From contig CAZHMQ010000001.1 in assembly GCA_964533645.1 (NCBI GenBank), positions 1 through 54,556 of the forward strand: 54,556 nucleotides of DNA, written 5' to 3'. Origin of the DNA: an uncultured Coxiellaceae bacterium. Its GTDB lineage: Bacteria; Pseudomonadota; Gammaproteobacteria; DSM-16500. A program made the translations under genes and the position numbers. Numbering within the stretch: position 1 is the first letter of the stretch; each line of letters opens with the position of its first letter. Of the stretch, positions 43,593 to 54,466 are shown one piece after another. The notes beneath the pieces were generated by a model. That model ran no database searches. It was not told the DNA's origin and saw only the letters and a program-made list of their open reading frames with translations.

Positions 43593-43776
43593 CCTAAATT
43601 AACCTGAGTTATGGATAAGAACCCTTTTAAAACATCGCCAACATCACTCGGTTTGCTGGGCCCACTTTCGTGCATCTGTTAAGCGTTCAAAGGTTGCGCT
43701 TTGGGCAGGGAACCCTTTTAATCTTACCTTGACCCTATATGTTGTTTTCATTAATGATGAAATGAAAGAGAGCAGT

Positions 43777-46206
43777 ATGAATAGAATTAATAAAAGATTA
43801 AAAATTTTAAATTATTTAATTATTGTAATTATAAGCCTTATCACAATTTCAAATGTTTTTGCTGCCGAGCGCGTAGTCAATTTAATTGTGGGGTATAAAA
43901 ACGTTAATTATGCTGGCAGAGCCATCAAAGCCATTGCAGTCAACGATCAAATTCCCGCACCAACCCTTCACTTTAAAGAAGGCGATCAAGTTACTATCAA
44001 CGTTTTTAACCGTTTAAATGAAGAAACAGCTATTCATTGGCATGGTATGCTTGTGCCATGGCAAATGGACGGTGTTTTAGGTATTACTCAACAAGGAGTC
44101 CAGCCAGGGAGTGTATTTCACTACAAGTTTACTCTGCATCAGTCTGGAACCTATTGGTATCACGCCCATGCCGGCCTTCAGGAACAGCAAGGATTATACG
44201 GGGCTTTCATTATTGATCCACAACAACATCCCAATTATAGCTATATGAAAGATCATGTTGTTGTTTTATCAGATTGGAGTAACACTCACCCTGATCAGAT
44301 TCTCGCTAATTTAAAAAAAGATGGTGATTATTATTCTCCAAATTTTCCGCTTCAACCTTCCCTTATGAAATTTATTCATGACTATCGTAAAGCATCTGCA
44401 AGTGAACGGAATAACTTAATTGCTGATTACAAAATGATGCAGCAAATGCGTATGAGTATTTATGACATCAGTGATGTAGCCTATGATGCGTTCTTACTTA
44501 ATGGCCGGCCAGAATATTCCCCATGGACTGTGCCTGTAAAAATGGGTGATGTGGTGCGTTTGCGATTTATTGGTGCAGGTGGCAGCACGATATTTCATGT
44601 AAAAATACCTGGTACCACTATGCAAATAGTGCATGTAGAAGGTAATGATGTTGTGCCTTACACTGTTAGTGATTTTAAAATTGCACCAGGCGAAACGTAT
44701 GATGTCCTGGTTAAAATTCAAAAAAATGAACCCTATATTATCTATGCAGAATCAGCTGATACAGTAGGAGCTGCCTATGGTGCATTAATAACTTCCCCGC
44801 ATCAATTTGTTAATTATAAAAGCGTTACACCATTTTCTGAGCCATTACCTGTGACAAGAGAAATAAATGACAGTAGCTCGCATGATATGGCTACGATGAC
44901 CGATATGTCAGGCAACATGAAAATGAGTCATGGCATGTCTATGAGTCACTCCATGGAGATGAACATGCCTACAGAGCCATCTATTGTAGGTGATACGATG
45001 TCACCTCCCACTTTTACTTATGAAACATCATCGAGTACAAAATATCAAAATGTAACTGCGGCTGTGAAAACTAACGATCCTGGAAAGCCTGTTTATAAAG
45101 TTATAAACATGGAATTATTTGGTTACATGGATCGATACATTTGGTTTGTGAATGGTGTGCCAGAACATAAAGCAAAGCCTATTGTTTTAGAACCAGGCAA
45201 ACGGTATCGCGTAGTTTTCACTAATACCTCAATGATGCATCATCCTATGCACATTCATGGCCATTGGTTTATTTTGCGCGAAGGTAAAGGCGCATATGAT
45301 CCATTACTACATACAATTGATGTGCCGCCAGGCTCTACCATGACGGCTGATCTTGATACAGATGCGAGTGGTCAATGGCTTTTTCACTGTCATCTTCTCT
45401 ACCATATGATGTCTGGCATGTCGCGTGTATTTCAATATTCGACACTCATTGAAATAACAAATGATCAAGCAAAGCCTCAGCATATTGTAAAACAAACCCC
45501 ATATTACAATCGTCCAATTGTTAGAATAGATGAGGTGCGTCCAATTGATCCGATGCTTATTATGCACCCAATGGCGCATCGTGCAGGCTTATGGTTATCA
45601 ACATTTTTAGAGATTGGCGCTGACCCATTCCGCAATGCGCAACGCCTCACTTACAAAGGATTATATGGTGGCGACTATAATAAGCTTGAATTATTTACTA
45701 ACGATGCAGAGCTAAATAAAGGGACAGTTGAAAATGCTGATATTGATATTTTTTATTGGCATTTAATCAGTCAATTTTGGGCAATTAAAGGAGGTGCAAA
45801 TTATTTCTACCGCCCAGCGACAACTCCTTATTGGCAACCTGGTGTCGGTATCGAAGGTTTAATGCCTTATTTCATTGATACCGACCTTAGAACATATTAT
45901 TACAATAGCAGCACAAAACTAGATTTAGAACTATCGCGCGATACACAAATCACAAATAACTTTTTTATTCGATTAGGCGCGCGCAGTATTTTAGCTTCAA
46001 AAACAGTAACCCAAGCAGCCATTGGCAGTGGTTTGAATCAAATGCGTTATATTGTAAGACCCTATTACCGCCTGATGCCAGGGTTAAATATTTTTGCAGA
46101 GTATGAGCACGAAAAAGATTATGGCACATTTAAAAATATTCAAAGTAACGCTGGAGAACAAACCATACAAAATACTGTGACTTTTGGTCTAACAGTATTG
46201 CTTTAG
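43777..46206 (+). CDS. copA: Copper-resistance multicopper oxidase (CopA/PcoA-like) fused in frame to a CopB/PcoB-like outer-membrane domain
   Basis: The MCO copper sites are [20 protein letters not shown] and [12 protein letters not shown], with a Met-rich loop [21 protein letters not shown]. The C-terminal 250 aa ([17 protein letters not shown]...[15 protein letters not shown]...[17 protein letters not shown]) is CopB-like. The start was moved to MNRINKR. Confidence 0.82.
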   Translation: MNRINKRLKILNYLIIVIISLITISNVFAAERVVNLIVGYKNVNYAGRAIKAIAVNDQIPAPTLHFKEGDQVTINVFNRLNEETAIHWHGMLVPWQMDGVLGITQQGVQPGSVFHYKFTLHQSGTYWYHAHAGLQEQQGLYGAFIIDPQQHPNYSYMKDHVVVLSDWSNTHPDQILANLKKDGDYYSPNFPLQPSLMKFIHDYRKASASERNNLIADYKMMQQMRMSIYDISDVAYDAFLLNGRPEYSPWTVPVKMGDVVRLRFIGAGGSTIFHVKIPGTTMQIVHVEGNDVVPYTVSDFKIAPGETYDVLVKIQKNEPYIIYAESADTVGAAYGALITSPHQFVNYKSVTPFSEPLPVTREINDSSSHDMATMTDMSGNMKMSHGMSMSHSMEMNMPTEPSIVGDTMSPPTFTYETSSSTKYQNVTAAVKTNDPGKPVYKVINMELFGYMDRYIWFVNGVPEHKAKPIVLEPGKRYRVVFTNTSMMHHPMHIHGHWFILREGKGAYDPLLHTIDVPPGSTMTADLDTDASGQWLFHCHLLYHMMSGMSRVFQYSTLIEITNDQAKPQHIVKQTPYYNRPIVRIDEVRPIDPMLIMHPMAHRAGLWLSTFLEIGADPFRNAQRLTYKGLYGGDYNKLELFTNDAELNKGTVENADIDIFYWHLISQFWAIKGGANYFYRPATTPYWQPGVGIEGLMPYFIDTDLRTYYYNSSTKLDLELSRDTQITNNFFIRLGARSILASKTVTQAAIGSGLNQMRYIVRPYYRLMPGLNIFAEYEHEKDYGTFKNIQSNAGEQTIQNTVTFGLTVLL

Positions 46207-46492
46207 AAATATTCGCTTAGCTATTTTATCAACATTAAAAATGCTATGCAGCTAACGCCTCATAGAAAAGAAAAAATCTGAATCAAAGATAAGCTCCTTA
46301 TCCAAGGTTCATATAATGAAAAATTACAACATAACACCTCCATGCGATACCGATATTATATTGGGTTATTACTATCGCTTGAAGAAGTTATTGTGATTTG
46401 TTGTTAGTTGTTACTTTCAGAAGTGTACCCCAGTGGAAAAATATAGCAATATAACTAAAAATAACCTATAATAACCAAATATAAGGAATTAA

Positions 46493-46753
46493 ATGCGCTA
46501 CACATTGCTTATTAAGAAGCAAGCTAAAAAGGTATTACAAAGCCTGGCTAGAACAGACCGTAACCGGATTGCTGAAAAAATTAAGTTGTTAGGAGAAAAT
46601 CCTGACAATCCCGTTTTGGATATCAAGCCATTACAGGGAGAACCCTACTACCGATTACGTGTCGGACAATGGCGCGTTATTTTCGACAGGGATGATTCGT
46701 TAAAAATTATTGCTATTGAAAAGATAAAGCCGCGCGGAGGGGCTTACAAATGA
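46493..46753 (+). CDS. RelE/ParE-family type II toxin
   Basis: 86 aa. The pattern KKQAKKVLQSL....RIAEKIKLLGENP...DIKPLQG....YRLRVGQWRVIF is typical of RelE/ParE. RBS is AAGGA. Confidence 0.8.
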   Translation: MRYTLLIKKQAKKVLQSLARTDRNRIAEKIKLLGENPDNPVLDIKPLQGEPYYRLRVGQWRVIFDRDDSLKIIAIEKIKPRGGAYK

Positions 46754-47064
46754 GTTTACAAATTATTAAATCAATCGATGGGAAAGCAGAATATGTTTTG
46801 CTACCCGTTAACGTCTATCATGCTTTGCGTCATGAAATCGAAGAAGCATTAAAAGAAAAACATAGCAGCAACGACTACGTACCTTTTGAGCTAACAGATT
46901 ATGTTGATAACCCTGTTGCGGTTGCTCGCATTAATGCTGGCATTACCCAAGAAGAATTAGCAAAACGCATGAAAGTAACCCAAGCCTATATCAGCAAACT
47001 TGAGACACAGGGTAAGGTGACAGCGAAAGTGATAAAAAAAGTGAAAGAAGCGATTGAAAAATGA
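46750..47064 (+). CDS. HTH (XRE-type) antitoxin, toxin-first (HigBA-like) arrangement
   Basis: It overlaps the toxin stop (ATGA). The C-terminal HTH is ITQEELAKRMKVTQAYISKLE. Confidence 0.75.
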   Translation: MSLQIIKSIDGKAEYVLLPVNVYHALRHEIEEALKEKHSSNDYVPFELTDYVDNPVAVARINAGITQEELAKRMKVTQAYISKLETQGKVTAKVIKKVKEAIEK

Positions 47065-47083
47065 CACGATAGGATTGTTAACG

Positions 47084-47245
47084 ATGATTACTGTCAAAAA
47101 ACGTAATTTATTTGAAGAGATACAACAAGGTATTCTCGAAATGAAGGCGCATAAAGCGGGAAAAATGCGGCTTCAAACATATAAATTTGCTAAAAAATCC
47201 CAATCAACAAACCGCTCTCATTCTAAGGCTAAGAAAACACCCTAA
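47084..47245 (+). CDS. Possible orphan antitoxin-like fragment
   Basis: NLFEEIQQGILEMKAHKAGKMRLQTYK resembles N-terminal segments of some HTH antitoxins. It is short, has a weak start context and lacks an HTH. Confidence 0.25.
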   Translation: MITVKKRNLFEEIQQGILEMKAHKAGKMRLQTYKFAKKSQSTNRSHSKAKKTP

Positions 47246-47247
47246 TA

Positions 47248-47682
47248 TTGAATCAAAAAATTCAAAAAAAAGATATTTGTGAAATCGAATATAATCCATC
47301 AAAAACTGCAGCTATTGTAAATATTGACTGCGGATCAGCTTATTACATTAACTTCAAAACGCAAAAAATATATACCATTGTTGATCACGCGCCGAATGTA
47401 TTTCCCACGTGGATAAGTGACAATATTGCTCATATTGAAAGCCCTTGTGGAACTGGTTGTTCTAAATCCATTATTTTTGTTGCACCTGCCACTACTGTTA
47501 CATGTGCAACTCATGAATATAGAATAAAAAACATAAATCAAAATGAACCACCTGATTATTACAACAATACTCCGCTTTTAATTGATCCGAAAAAGGGAAT
47601 ATATGATTTCCCTTTTTCATTCGCAAAAAAATCTCTTGTAAACTGGTTATATTCAAACTGTTTATCAATAGTGCTTTTATAA
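47248..47682 (+). CDS. Hypothetical ORF (TTG start) whose 3' end overlaps the convergent SAP-domain gene
   Basis: From the ORF track only. It is Cys-containing (CGTGCSKS), has no recognised family and overlaps the minus-strand ORF by 124 nt, so one of the two C-termini is probably spurious. Confidence 0.3.
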   Translation: MNQKIQKKDICEIEYNPSKTAAIVNIDCGSAYYINFKTQKIYTIVDHAPNVFPTWISDNIAHIESPCGTGCSKSIIFVAPATTVTCATHEYRIKNINQNEPPDYYNNTPLLIDPKKGIYDFPFSFAKKSLVNWLYSNCLSIVLL

Positions 47683-48125
47683 TTAGGGCTTTTTCTTTTT
47701 GATTCTTCTTCTAGCCATCCATTAACAAGATCACCATAGGTTAAGCCTGTGGTTATGTTGTTTTTGTTAGTAAATTGTCTTAAATAAGCGTCAAAACGAA
47801 AATGCTTCCCAATCTGCTCAACAAAAAATCGTCTGGTGATAGCATCATTTCTATAATTTCTAACAGGGGTATCAACTTTTATGAATTGCTGGCTATCTCG
47901 GAAAGTAACAGGCTTGCTTATTATTGGTTTAATGTTACATCCAGTTGTAATGAAGGTCTTAATGCGCTGAATAAGCTCTAATTTGGAACCAACAGTAGAG
48001 AGCTGGTTGGTCTTGCAAAAACTTACCAACTCAACCTTTAACCAATAATGGCTTTTAAGATCGGCTAGGCTGATTTGCTTTGTGAGCTTTGGCTTTCTTT
48101 CCATTTTGAGCACCGCATTAATCAA
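47559..48125 (-). CDS. SAP-domain-containing protein
   Basis: The N-terminal LKVELVSFCKTNQLSTVGSKLELIQRIKTFI matches the SAP motif (LkV.EL...l..rgL...G.K.eLi.Ri). Confidence 0.6.
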   Translation of the reverse strand: MINAVLKMERKPKLTKQISLADLKSHYWLKVELVSFCKTNQLSTVGSKLELIQRIKTFITTGCNIKPIISKPVTFRDSQQFIKVDTPVRNYRNDAITRRFFVEQIGKHFRFDAYLRQFTNKNNITTGLTYGDLVNGWLEEESKRKSPNYKSTIDKQFEYNQFTRDFFANEKGKSYIPFFGSIKSGVLL

Positions 48126-48253
48126 CAGAAAATTATAACCAAAAGCTCTAAAATTTTATTGTGATTTATTACTATTTGTTAGCATCAAGTGGACCGCCAG
48201 TGGACCATTGTGACGATGCTGCTGAGCCGCATGCAATCTGTTGATTTTACTAC

Positions 48254-48326
<73 letters not shown>

Positions 48327-48651
48327 GGACTTGAAAACCCAAACAAGCGCTGAATCTTAGGATAAACCTACGCCTAACGCAATGATTTTTAAGCCCCCCA
48401 GGCTAAAATCTCTTCAACCTTATGAATAAATTAATTCCAAACAATTTTATACTCTTAAGAAAGACCCCCGCATTCCCCTCACTGTTACATGCACTCCTTA
48501 ATTAAAATATTTTTAAAAATCTATTGCAAAATATATTTAATACAGTTAATAATTCGGACTTCTCTTCTCGCTTTCCATTTTTTCCTCTTGCTCAATCAAA
48601 TTTTCTGTCCACTTAAAAATAATTTTTCACTTTTTTTTGGAGAATCGCAAA

Positions 48652-49044
48652 ATGAAAACACAAGGATTTTCATTAATTGAACTAATGATTGTAGTAGCTA
48701 TTATTGGTATTTTATCCGTCATAGCCATTCCTTCATACCAAGCATACACAATGCGTGCACGATTTGCAGAAGTCATAACTGCAACTGAACCATTTAAAAC
48801 CGCGGTCTCACTTGCTCTCCAGCAAGGCGCGCCATCCACAGACCTTAACAATGGCTCACATGGAATTCCTGCTGAACCTCCTGCCACAAAAAATTTAGCC
48901 AGCGTAAAAGTTGAAAACGGCATCGTTACAGCTACAGCTACACCATTAGCTGGAAACCATACCTATATCCTCAAGCCAAATGAGGACGGCAGTGTCTGGT
49001 CCATCGATGGAACATGCGTCAAAGCTGGCTTGTGTGAAACCTAA
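48652..49044 (+). CDS. Type IV pilin (major pilin, PilA/PilE type)
   Basis: The prepilin leader and N-methylation site are MKTQGFSLIELMIVVAIIGILSVIAIPSYQAY. A C-terminal Cys pair is CVKAGLC. RBS is GGAGAA. Confidence 0.9.
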   Translation: MKTQGFSLIELMIVVAIIGILSVIAIPSYQAYTMRARFAEVITATEPFKTAVSLALQQGAPSTDLNNGSHGIPAEPPATKNLASVKVENGIVTATATPLAGNHTYILKPNEDGSVWSIDGTCVKAGLCET

Positions 49045-49060
49045 CACGGAACATTTCATC

Positions 49061-50734
49061 ATGATTTTGCATGAAAGTAATTTGCCGCCTCTCGCACTGT
49101 ATTTAATAAATGCCGGCGTGCTCGATAAAACTATTGCAGATAGTTCTGCGGCGCGAGCCAAAACTCAAGCTATCCCGTTTATTAGTTATTTAGTACAAGA
49201 AAAAATTTTAAGCAGTGACATTATTCATGATACTTGCCAAAAAATATTTTCTTTGCCCGTATTCGACTTAAAAAAATATGACAGATCATCTGAAACACAT
49301 GATTTATTAAGTGTTAATTTAATTCGTCAATACCGTGTTGTGCCATTATACAAAAATAACAATGTTTTATACATTGGCATTTCAGATCCAACAGATCAGC
49401 ATGCAATTAAAGCAATTATGTTTCATACTCAGCTCAATGTTCAAATTATGTTAATCAGAGAAGATGATTTTTCCCTATTCCTTGATACTTATTATCATGA
49501 TCAGGAGATCAATAAAAACATACAAAAAAATTTATTACAACAAATCTCATTAGACGAAAACCCTCATACAATACCTGACAAAATTATTATGCAAGATGAG
49601 CCATTAATAAAATTTGTCGATAATATTATTTTTCATGCATTTCAACAGTCTGCTTCAGATATTCATATTGAATCATATGAAAATATTTGCCGCATTCGCT
49701 ATCGGAAAGATGGAATTTTATTTCTAGTCAATGAAATTCCGCCTTCTTTATTCGATCGGATTGTCACTCGACTGAAAGTCATGGCAAACCTTAACATTGC
49801 AGAAAAACGATTACCGCAAGATGGGCGGTTTCAACTAGATGCCATAGACATTCGTATTAACATCTGCCCTGCTTTATTCGGAGAAAAAGTGGTATTACGC
49901 TTATTAAATTCCAGCCATAACCATCTAAGCATCGACTCACTGGGATTAACTGAGCAACAACAAAAACTGTTTCTTCATGCAATTAATCAGTCTCAAGGCA
50001 TGATCCTGGTAACTGGACCCACTGGCAGCGGGAAAACTGTCACCCTTTATTCTGCTTTAAATTATTTAAATAAATCTGAAAAAAATATTTCTACTGTTGA
50101 AGATCCCATTGAAATCCGCTTGATGGGTATAAACCAAGTCAATATCAACACTAAAATTGGCCTGGATTTTTCAACTGTTCTACGTGCTTTTTTACGGCAA
50201 GATCCAGATATTATCATGGTAGGTGAAATTCGCGACACAGAAACTGCCATGATTGCAATTCAAGCATCTCAAACAGGCCATTTGGTTTTGTCAACTTTAC
50301 ATACTAATAGTGCTATTGAAACAATTACCCGTTTACGAGCCATGGAAATCCCCTCTTATAATATTGCTGAATCATTTTCTTTGATCATAGCTCAACGTTT
50401 AGTTAGAAAATTATGTGATTTTTGTAAAATACCAGAAACTCTAAATGACGATTATCCTGATTTTCTTTTAAAAAACACTTCTGATTGCAAAAATATTTAT
50501 CGCGCCGTAGGCTGCATTCGTTGTATACAAGGCTACAAAAATCGCATCGCAATTTATGAATGCTTGCCTGTCACAGCTAAAATCAATAAATTGATTTTAG
50601 CTGAAGCAGATAGTAATGAGCTTCTTATAGAAGCTAAACAAGAAGGATATTTTACTTTAAAAACTATGCTCATCAATCACGTTCTGCAAGGTGCAACCAG
50701 CTTAATGGAAGCACGCCGGGTCTTACAACTATGA
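49061..50734 (+). CDS. pilB: Type IV pilus assembly ATPase
   Basis: This GspE/PilB-family protein has a Walker A motif (GPTGSGKT), an Asp box, Walker B (IIMVGEIRD), a His box (GHLVLSTLHTN) and a tetracysteine motif (CDFC...CIRC). The start was moved to MILHESN. Confidence 0.93.
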   Translation: MILHESNLPPLALYLINAGVLDKTIADSSAARAKTQAIPFISYLVQEKILSSDIIHDTCQKIFSLPVFDLKKYDRSSETHDLLSVNLIRQYRVVPLYKNNNVLYIGISDPTDQHAIKAIMFHTQLNVQIMLIREDDFSLFLDTYYHDQEINKNIQKNLLQQISLDENPHTIPDKIIMQDEPLIKFVDNIIFHAFQQSASDIHIESYENICRIRYRKDGILFLVNEIPPSLFDRIVTRLKVMANLNIAEKRLPQDGRFQLDAIDIRINICPALFGEKVVLRLLNSSHNHLSIDSLGLTEQQQKLFLHAINQSQGMILVTGPTGSGKTVTLYSALNYLNKSEKNISTVEDPIEIRLMGINQVNINTKIGLDFSTVLRAFLRQDPDIIMVGEIRDTETAMIAIQASQTGHLVLSTLHTNSAIETITRLRAMEIPSYNIAESFSLIIAQRLVRKLCDFCKIPETLNDDYPDFLLKNTSDCKNIYRAVGCIRCIQGYKNRIAIYECLPVTAKINKLILAEADSNELLIEAKQEGYFTLKTMLINHVLQGATSLMEARRVLQL

Positions 50735-50774
50735 GCCTCAGCAACGCTTCGCAGCCTCGCAAGGCCACACCCCT

Positions 50775-51974
50775 ATGAACTTAAAAAATTCAGCGTATTA
50801 CTGGAAAGGAGTCTCTAAAGAAGGCCAGGAAATCTCAGGCGAAATAACAGCTTTAAGCATTAATTTGGCGATATCAGACTTGCAAAAAAAAGGCATACAA
50901 TTTATCTCAATCACGAAAAGGCGTAAATTTCATTTTTATAAAAAAATATCATCTATCGATATTATTATATTTTTCCGACAACTCGCAACATTAATTTATG
51001 CTGGTATTTCTATTTCACACGCCATGCATATGTTAGGAAAAAATTCTGCACATATTAAACTATTAGAAATATCACTAGCCATCAAAGAAGATATTGCTGC
51101 CGGTAATGGCTTAGCATATGGCTTGAAAAAATTTCCAGCTTATTTTGACGAAATGACATGCAATCTTGTTCTGGCAGGAGAAAAATCAGGAACCCTGGAT
51201 ATTATGCTTGAACAAATCGCACAACATAAAGAACGATTATTTATGCTAAAAAATAAAATCAAACAAGCTTTATTTTACCCCGTGATGATTTTACTGGTCG
51301 CAATAATAGTTACTGTCGTTATGCTAATTTTTGTTGTACCGCGTTTTACTGAACTCTTTCAAAATATGCATGCGAAATTGCCAACATTTACCTTGTATGT
51401 TATCTATCTCGCCAGTTTTTTGCAAAATCAATGGAAAATTATTTCAATTTTCATAGTAATCAGTAGCATTGGATTATATTTTTCTAAACGCTTTATGAAA
51501 TTCAAAATTTTTCTGCATTCTATTATTTTAAATTTGCCCATCATGGGGCTCGCATTACAAAAATTTATTTTAGCTCATCTGGCACGCAGCATGACAACTC
51601 TATTTGCTGCAGGAATTCCTGTTACTGAAGCATTAAAAATTCTGACAAATTCTACTGGAAATGTCCTTTATAGAAATGCCATGCAAATGCTCTATATTGA
51701 TATCTCTTCTGGGAAACAACTGCATTTTTCTATGCAAAACTGTAAACTATTCCCATCCATGATGATTCAGATGATTCAAATAGGCGAGGAATCAGGAACA
51801 CTTGAAAAAATGCTCAATAAAGTCTCTGATTTTTACGAAGCTGATTTAGACCATTTGATTAATCAGTTAGGACGATTATTAGAACCCTTGATTATGATGA
51901 TTCTTGGTGTTGTAATCGGGGGACTAGTGATTGCCATGTATCTACCTATTTTTAAATTAGGGGCTGTGATTTAA
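50775..51974 (+). CDS. pilC: Type IV pilus platform protein
   Basis: It has the duplicated GspF/PilC architecture (FFRQLATLIYAGISI...; LARSMTTLFAAGIPV...) with three TM segments. Confidence 0.92.
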   Translation: MNLKNSAYYWKGVSKEGQEISGEITALSINLAISDLQKKGIQFISITKRRKFHFYKKISSIDIIIFFRQLATLIYAGISISHAMHMLGKNSAHIKLLEISLAIKEDIAAGNGLAYGLKKFPAYFDEMTCNLVLAGEKSGTLDIMLEQIAQHKERLFMLKNKIKQALFYPVMILLVAIIVTVVMLIFVVPRFTELFQNMHAKLPTFTLYVIYLASFLQNQWKIISIFIVISSIGLYFSKRFMKFKIFLHSIILNLPIMGLALQKFILAHLARSMTTLFAAGIPVTEALKILTNSTGNVLYRNAMQMLYIDISSGKQLHFSMQNCKLFPSMMIQMIQIGEESGTLEKMLNKVSDFYEADLDHLINQLGRLLEPLIMMILGVVIGGLVIAMYLPIFKLGAVI

Positions 51975-52831
51975 TGCAAACAATCAATTTTATGACAGAA
52001 CATCCTGAATTCTTTCTGGTTCTTATTGCGGCACTATCGCTCATCATCGGCAGTTTTTTAAACGTCGTTATCTATCGCTTACCTTTGATGATGAAAAATG
52101 AATGGAGCCAGGAATGCCGCGAATATCTTGGCCTTAAAGTTTTACCAATCGATATGGAAAAATTAAATTTATATCTTCCTTTTTCGCATTGTATACACTG
52201 CAAAAAATCTCTAAAACCCTGGCACAATATCCCTGTGATCAGTTACCTGGTTTTGCGCGGAAAATGCGCTTTCTGCAACGTAAAAATTTCCATACGCTAT
52301 CCTTTTGTAGAACTTATTTGTTGCATTACTTCTGTCTATGTCGCGTGGCGTTTCGGCATAAGCTGGCAAACTGCAGGGGGGCTCATTTTTACCTGGATTG
52401 CCATAAGCCTTATTTTTATTGATCTTGATTACCATTTATTACCGGACCAATTAACCTTGCTTCTGGTATGGATCGGTTTATTCTTAAGTTTATTCTCAGT
52501 TTTTGCCAACAGTCACGATGCGATCATTGGTGCGATAGCGGGTTATCTCATTTTTGCAATTGTGCAATGGCTCTTTAAAACTGTCACAGGTAAAATCGGT
52601 ATGGGACAAGGCGACTATAAATTTCTTGCTGGATTAGGTGCATTTTTAGGCTGGCAGCAATTACCCCTAATCATTTTATTAGCCTCAGTTGTAGGTTTAT
52701 TGTTTGGAATTATGCAAATGATCATACGGAATCAATTTAAAAGCATTCCTATTCCATTTGGCCCTTATCTTGCTTTTGCTGGATGGATTAGTCTGATATG
52801 GGGACCGCAAATCTTGAATCTCTATACTTAA
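51974..52831 (+). CDS. pilD: Prepilin peptidase/N-methyltransferase
   Basis: It has N-terminal Cys pairs (CIHCKK...CAFC), a polytopic membrane topology and A24-family Asp motifs (IFIDLDYHLLPD; GMGQGDYKFLAGLG). Confidence 0.92.
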   Translation: MQTINFMTEHPEFFLVLIAALSLIIGSFLNVVIYRLPLMMKNEWSQECREYLGLKVLPIDMEKLNLYLPFSHCIHCKKSLKPWHNIPVISYLVLRGKCAFCNVKISIRYPFVELICCITSVYVAWRFGISWQTAGGLIFTWIAISLIFIDLDYHLLPDQLTLLLVWIGLFLSLFSVFANSHDAIIGAIAGYLIFAIVQWLFKTVTGKIGMGQGDYKFLAGLGAFLGWQQLPLIILLASVVGLLFGIMQMIIRNQFKSIPIPFGPYLAFAGWISLIWGPQILNLYT

Positions 52832-52843
52832 AAGAGAAAAGAT

Positions 52844-53440
52844 ATGTATGTGATAGGATTAACAGGTGGAATAGGCAGTGGAAAATCAACCGTAGCTGCT
52901 TTATTTAAAGCAAAAGGTATTCCTGTTATTGACGCAGATATACTGGCGCATGATATTACACAGCCTGGCGAATCCTCATTAAAACAAATCGTCGAAATTT
53001 TTGGCCCAGAAATTTTATTATCTGATGGGCATTTGAACCGTTTGAAGCTGAGGAAAATTGTTTTTTCGGATGAAGTAAAACGCAAAAAACTGGAAAAAGT
53101 TTTACATCCTTTAATTCGTCACAAAATGAAATTATTGGCAGAATCACATCATGCACCTTATTGTATTGCCATGATTCCTTTATTGTTGGAAACAACGCCT
53201 AATCCACTCATCAAGCGAATATTGGTTGTGGATACCAGTGAAAATCTGCAAATCACAAGGGTAGCTGCTCGGGATAACACTTCTCCTGATGAAATTAAAA
53301 ATATTTTAAAAGCTCAAATGAGTCGTGAGGAGCGTTTAAAGCTTACGGACGATACTATTATTAATAATGGGAGTTATGAAGATTTAATACCACAAGTTGA
53401 TAAACTGCATGAATTATATTTATACTTAGCGCTGTCATAA
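52844..53440 (+). CDS. coaE: Dephospho-CoA kinase
   Basis: IGLTGGIGSGKSTVA is the P-loop. The size and position after pilD are as in many gammaproteobacteria. Confidence 0.92.
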   Translation: MYVIGLTGGIGSGKSTVAALFKAKGIPVIDADILAHDITQPGESSLKQIVEIFGPEILLSDGHLNRLKLRKIVFSDEVKRKKLEKVLHPLIRHKMKLLAESHHAPYCIAMIPLLLETTPNPLIKRILVVDTSENLQITRVAARDNTSPDEIKNILKAQMSREERLKLTDDTIINNGSYEDLIPQVDKLHELYLYLALS

Positions 53441-53489
53441 TATGAAGAATTGTGTTATTATTCCAAGAACTTAACCTAGACTGAACGAC

Positions 53490-54260
53490 ATGATCGAGAA
53501 CGTCATTACTTACGAACAGCCACTTAATGAACTAATCCGAGTCTGCCTCAGGTTAGAACAGCTATTTTTTCAGGTTGATCATCAAATTAAAGACACTTCT
53601 GTTTTTGGCACTCGCAACATGATTGTTTTAATCATTAACATTTTGCAATTGCTTGAGCGCCCTGATCTAAAAGCCAAGCTTGCAAAAGAATTAACTCATC
53701 AAATGCAGCTTCTTTCCAAACTTGAAAAAACTCCAGAAGTCGATCATGTAAAATTAACAGAATTGCTTAAACAATTAGATGAATTGAGCCGGTGGTTTAT
53801 TGATAGCAATGGCCGAATTGGGCAAAATTTGCGCGAAATTGAACTGTTAAATAATTTACGCTTGCATCTTGCGACCCCGGGTGGAGGTTGCAGTTTTGAT
53901 ATTCCAGTTTATCATTATTGGCTGCAGCAAGCAGCTGAGAAACGTGTAGAGATTATCAAATCCTGGTTGACAGAATTTAATAAAATTCGTCTGGCAAATG
54001 ATCTTATTTTAAAATTGGTACGCGAAGAAAGCAAAACACATCAAAAAACAGCGGCGAATGGATTCCATCAGGAATTGCTGGATCCACAAATCAATTTACG
54101 TTTAATTCGTGTCATGGTACCAATCAATATCACGACATATCCCGAAATCAGTTTAGGCCGTCATTTTTTAAGTATTCGTTTTTACACACCAACGATTCTT
54201 GAGCGTCCTTCACAATATCCGAATAATTTATCTTTTTGGCTTTCATATTGCACATCATGA
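53490..54260 (+). CDS. zapD: Cell division protein ZapD
   Basis: [23 protein letters not shown] matches the ZapD N-terminus. The protein is 256 aa and lies in the conserved coaE-zapD-yacG order. Confidence 0.88.
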   Translation: MIENVITYEQPLNELIRVCLRLEQLFFQVDHQIKDTSVFGTRNMIVLIINILQLLERPDLKAKLAKELTHQMQLLSKLEKTPEVDHVKLTELLKQLDELSRWFIDSNGRIGQNLREIELLNNLRLHLATPGGGCSFDIPVYHYWLQQAAEKRVEIIKSWLTEFNKIRLANDLILKLVREESKTHQKTAANGFHQELLDPQINLRLIRVMVPINITTYPEISLGRHFLSIRFYTPTILERPSQYPNNLSFWLSYCTS

Positions 54261-54466
54261 TCAAATCTCCCAAAACCAAAAAAGACAATATTTGTTGTCC
54301 TACTTGTCAAAAAAAAGGAACTTGGAAACAGGATAATCCTTCTCGTCCTTTTTGTTCTCCACGTTGTAAGTTAATTGATTTAGGCGCTTGGGCGGATGAG
54401 TCAAGACGCATTCCTGGAGAATCGTCGCCTTTGCCGGACCAGCCATCGGGTGAAACAGAAGAATAA
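54257..54466 (+). CDS. yacG: DNA gyrase inhibitor YacG (zinc finger)
   Basis: [10 protein letters not shown]....[27 protein letters not shown] matches the YacG signature. The start was moved to MIKSPK, which overlaps the zapD stop. Confidence 0.88.
   Translation: MIKSPKTKKDNICCPTCQKKGTWKQDNPSRPFCSPRCKLIDLGAWADESRRIPGESSPLPDQPSGETEE

Noticed and set aside
43619-43721. 12-bp direct repeat GAACCCTTTTAA (twice, 91 bp apart) upstream of copA, as a possible cop box or CueR operator
   Set aside because: It does not match the CopR/CusR or MerR-type palindromes that I remember. The copies might still be regulatory, but this cannot be supported from sequence alone.
48327-48651. Sigma-54 (GG-N10-GC) promoter upstream of the pilin gene, and the 63-aa ORF 48489-48680
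   Set aside because: No convincing TGGCAC-N5-TTGC element was found by eye. The ORF is AT-rich, low-complexity sequence that overlaps the pilin RBS and start.
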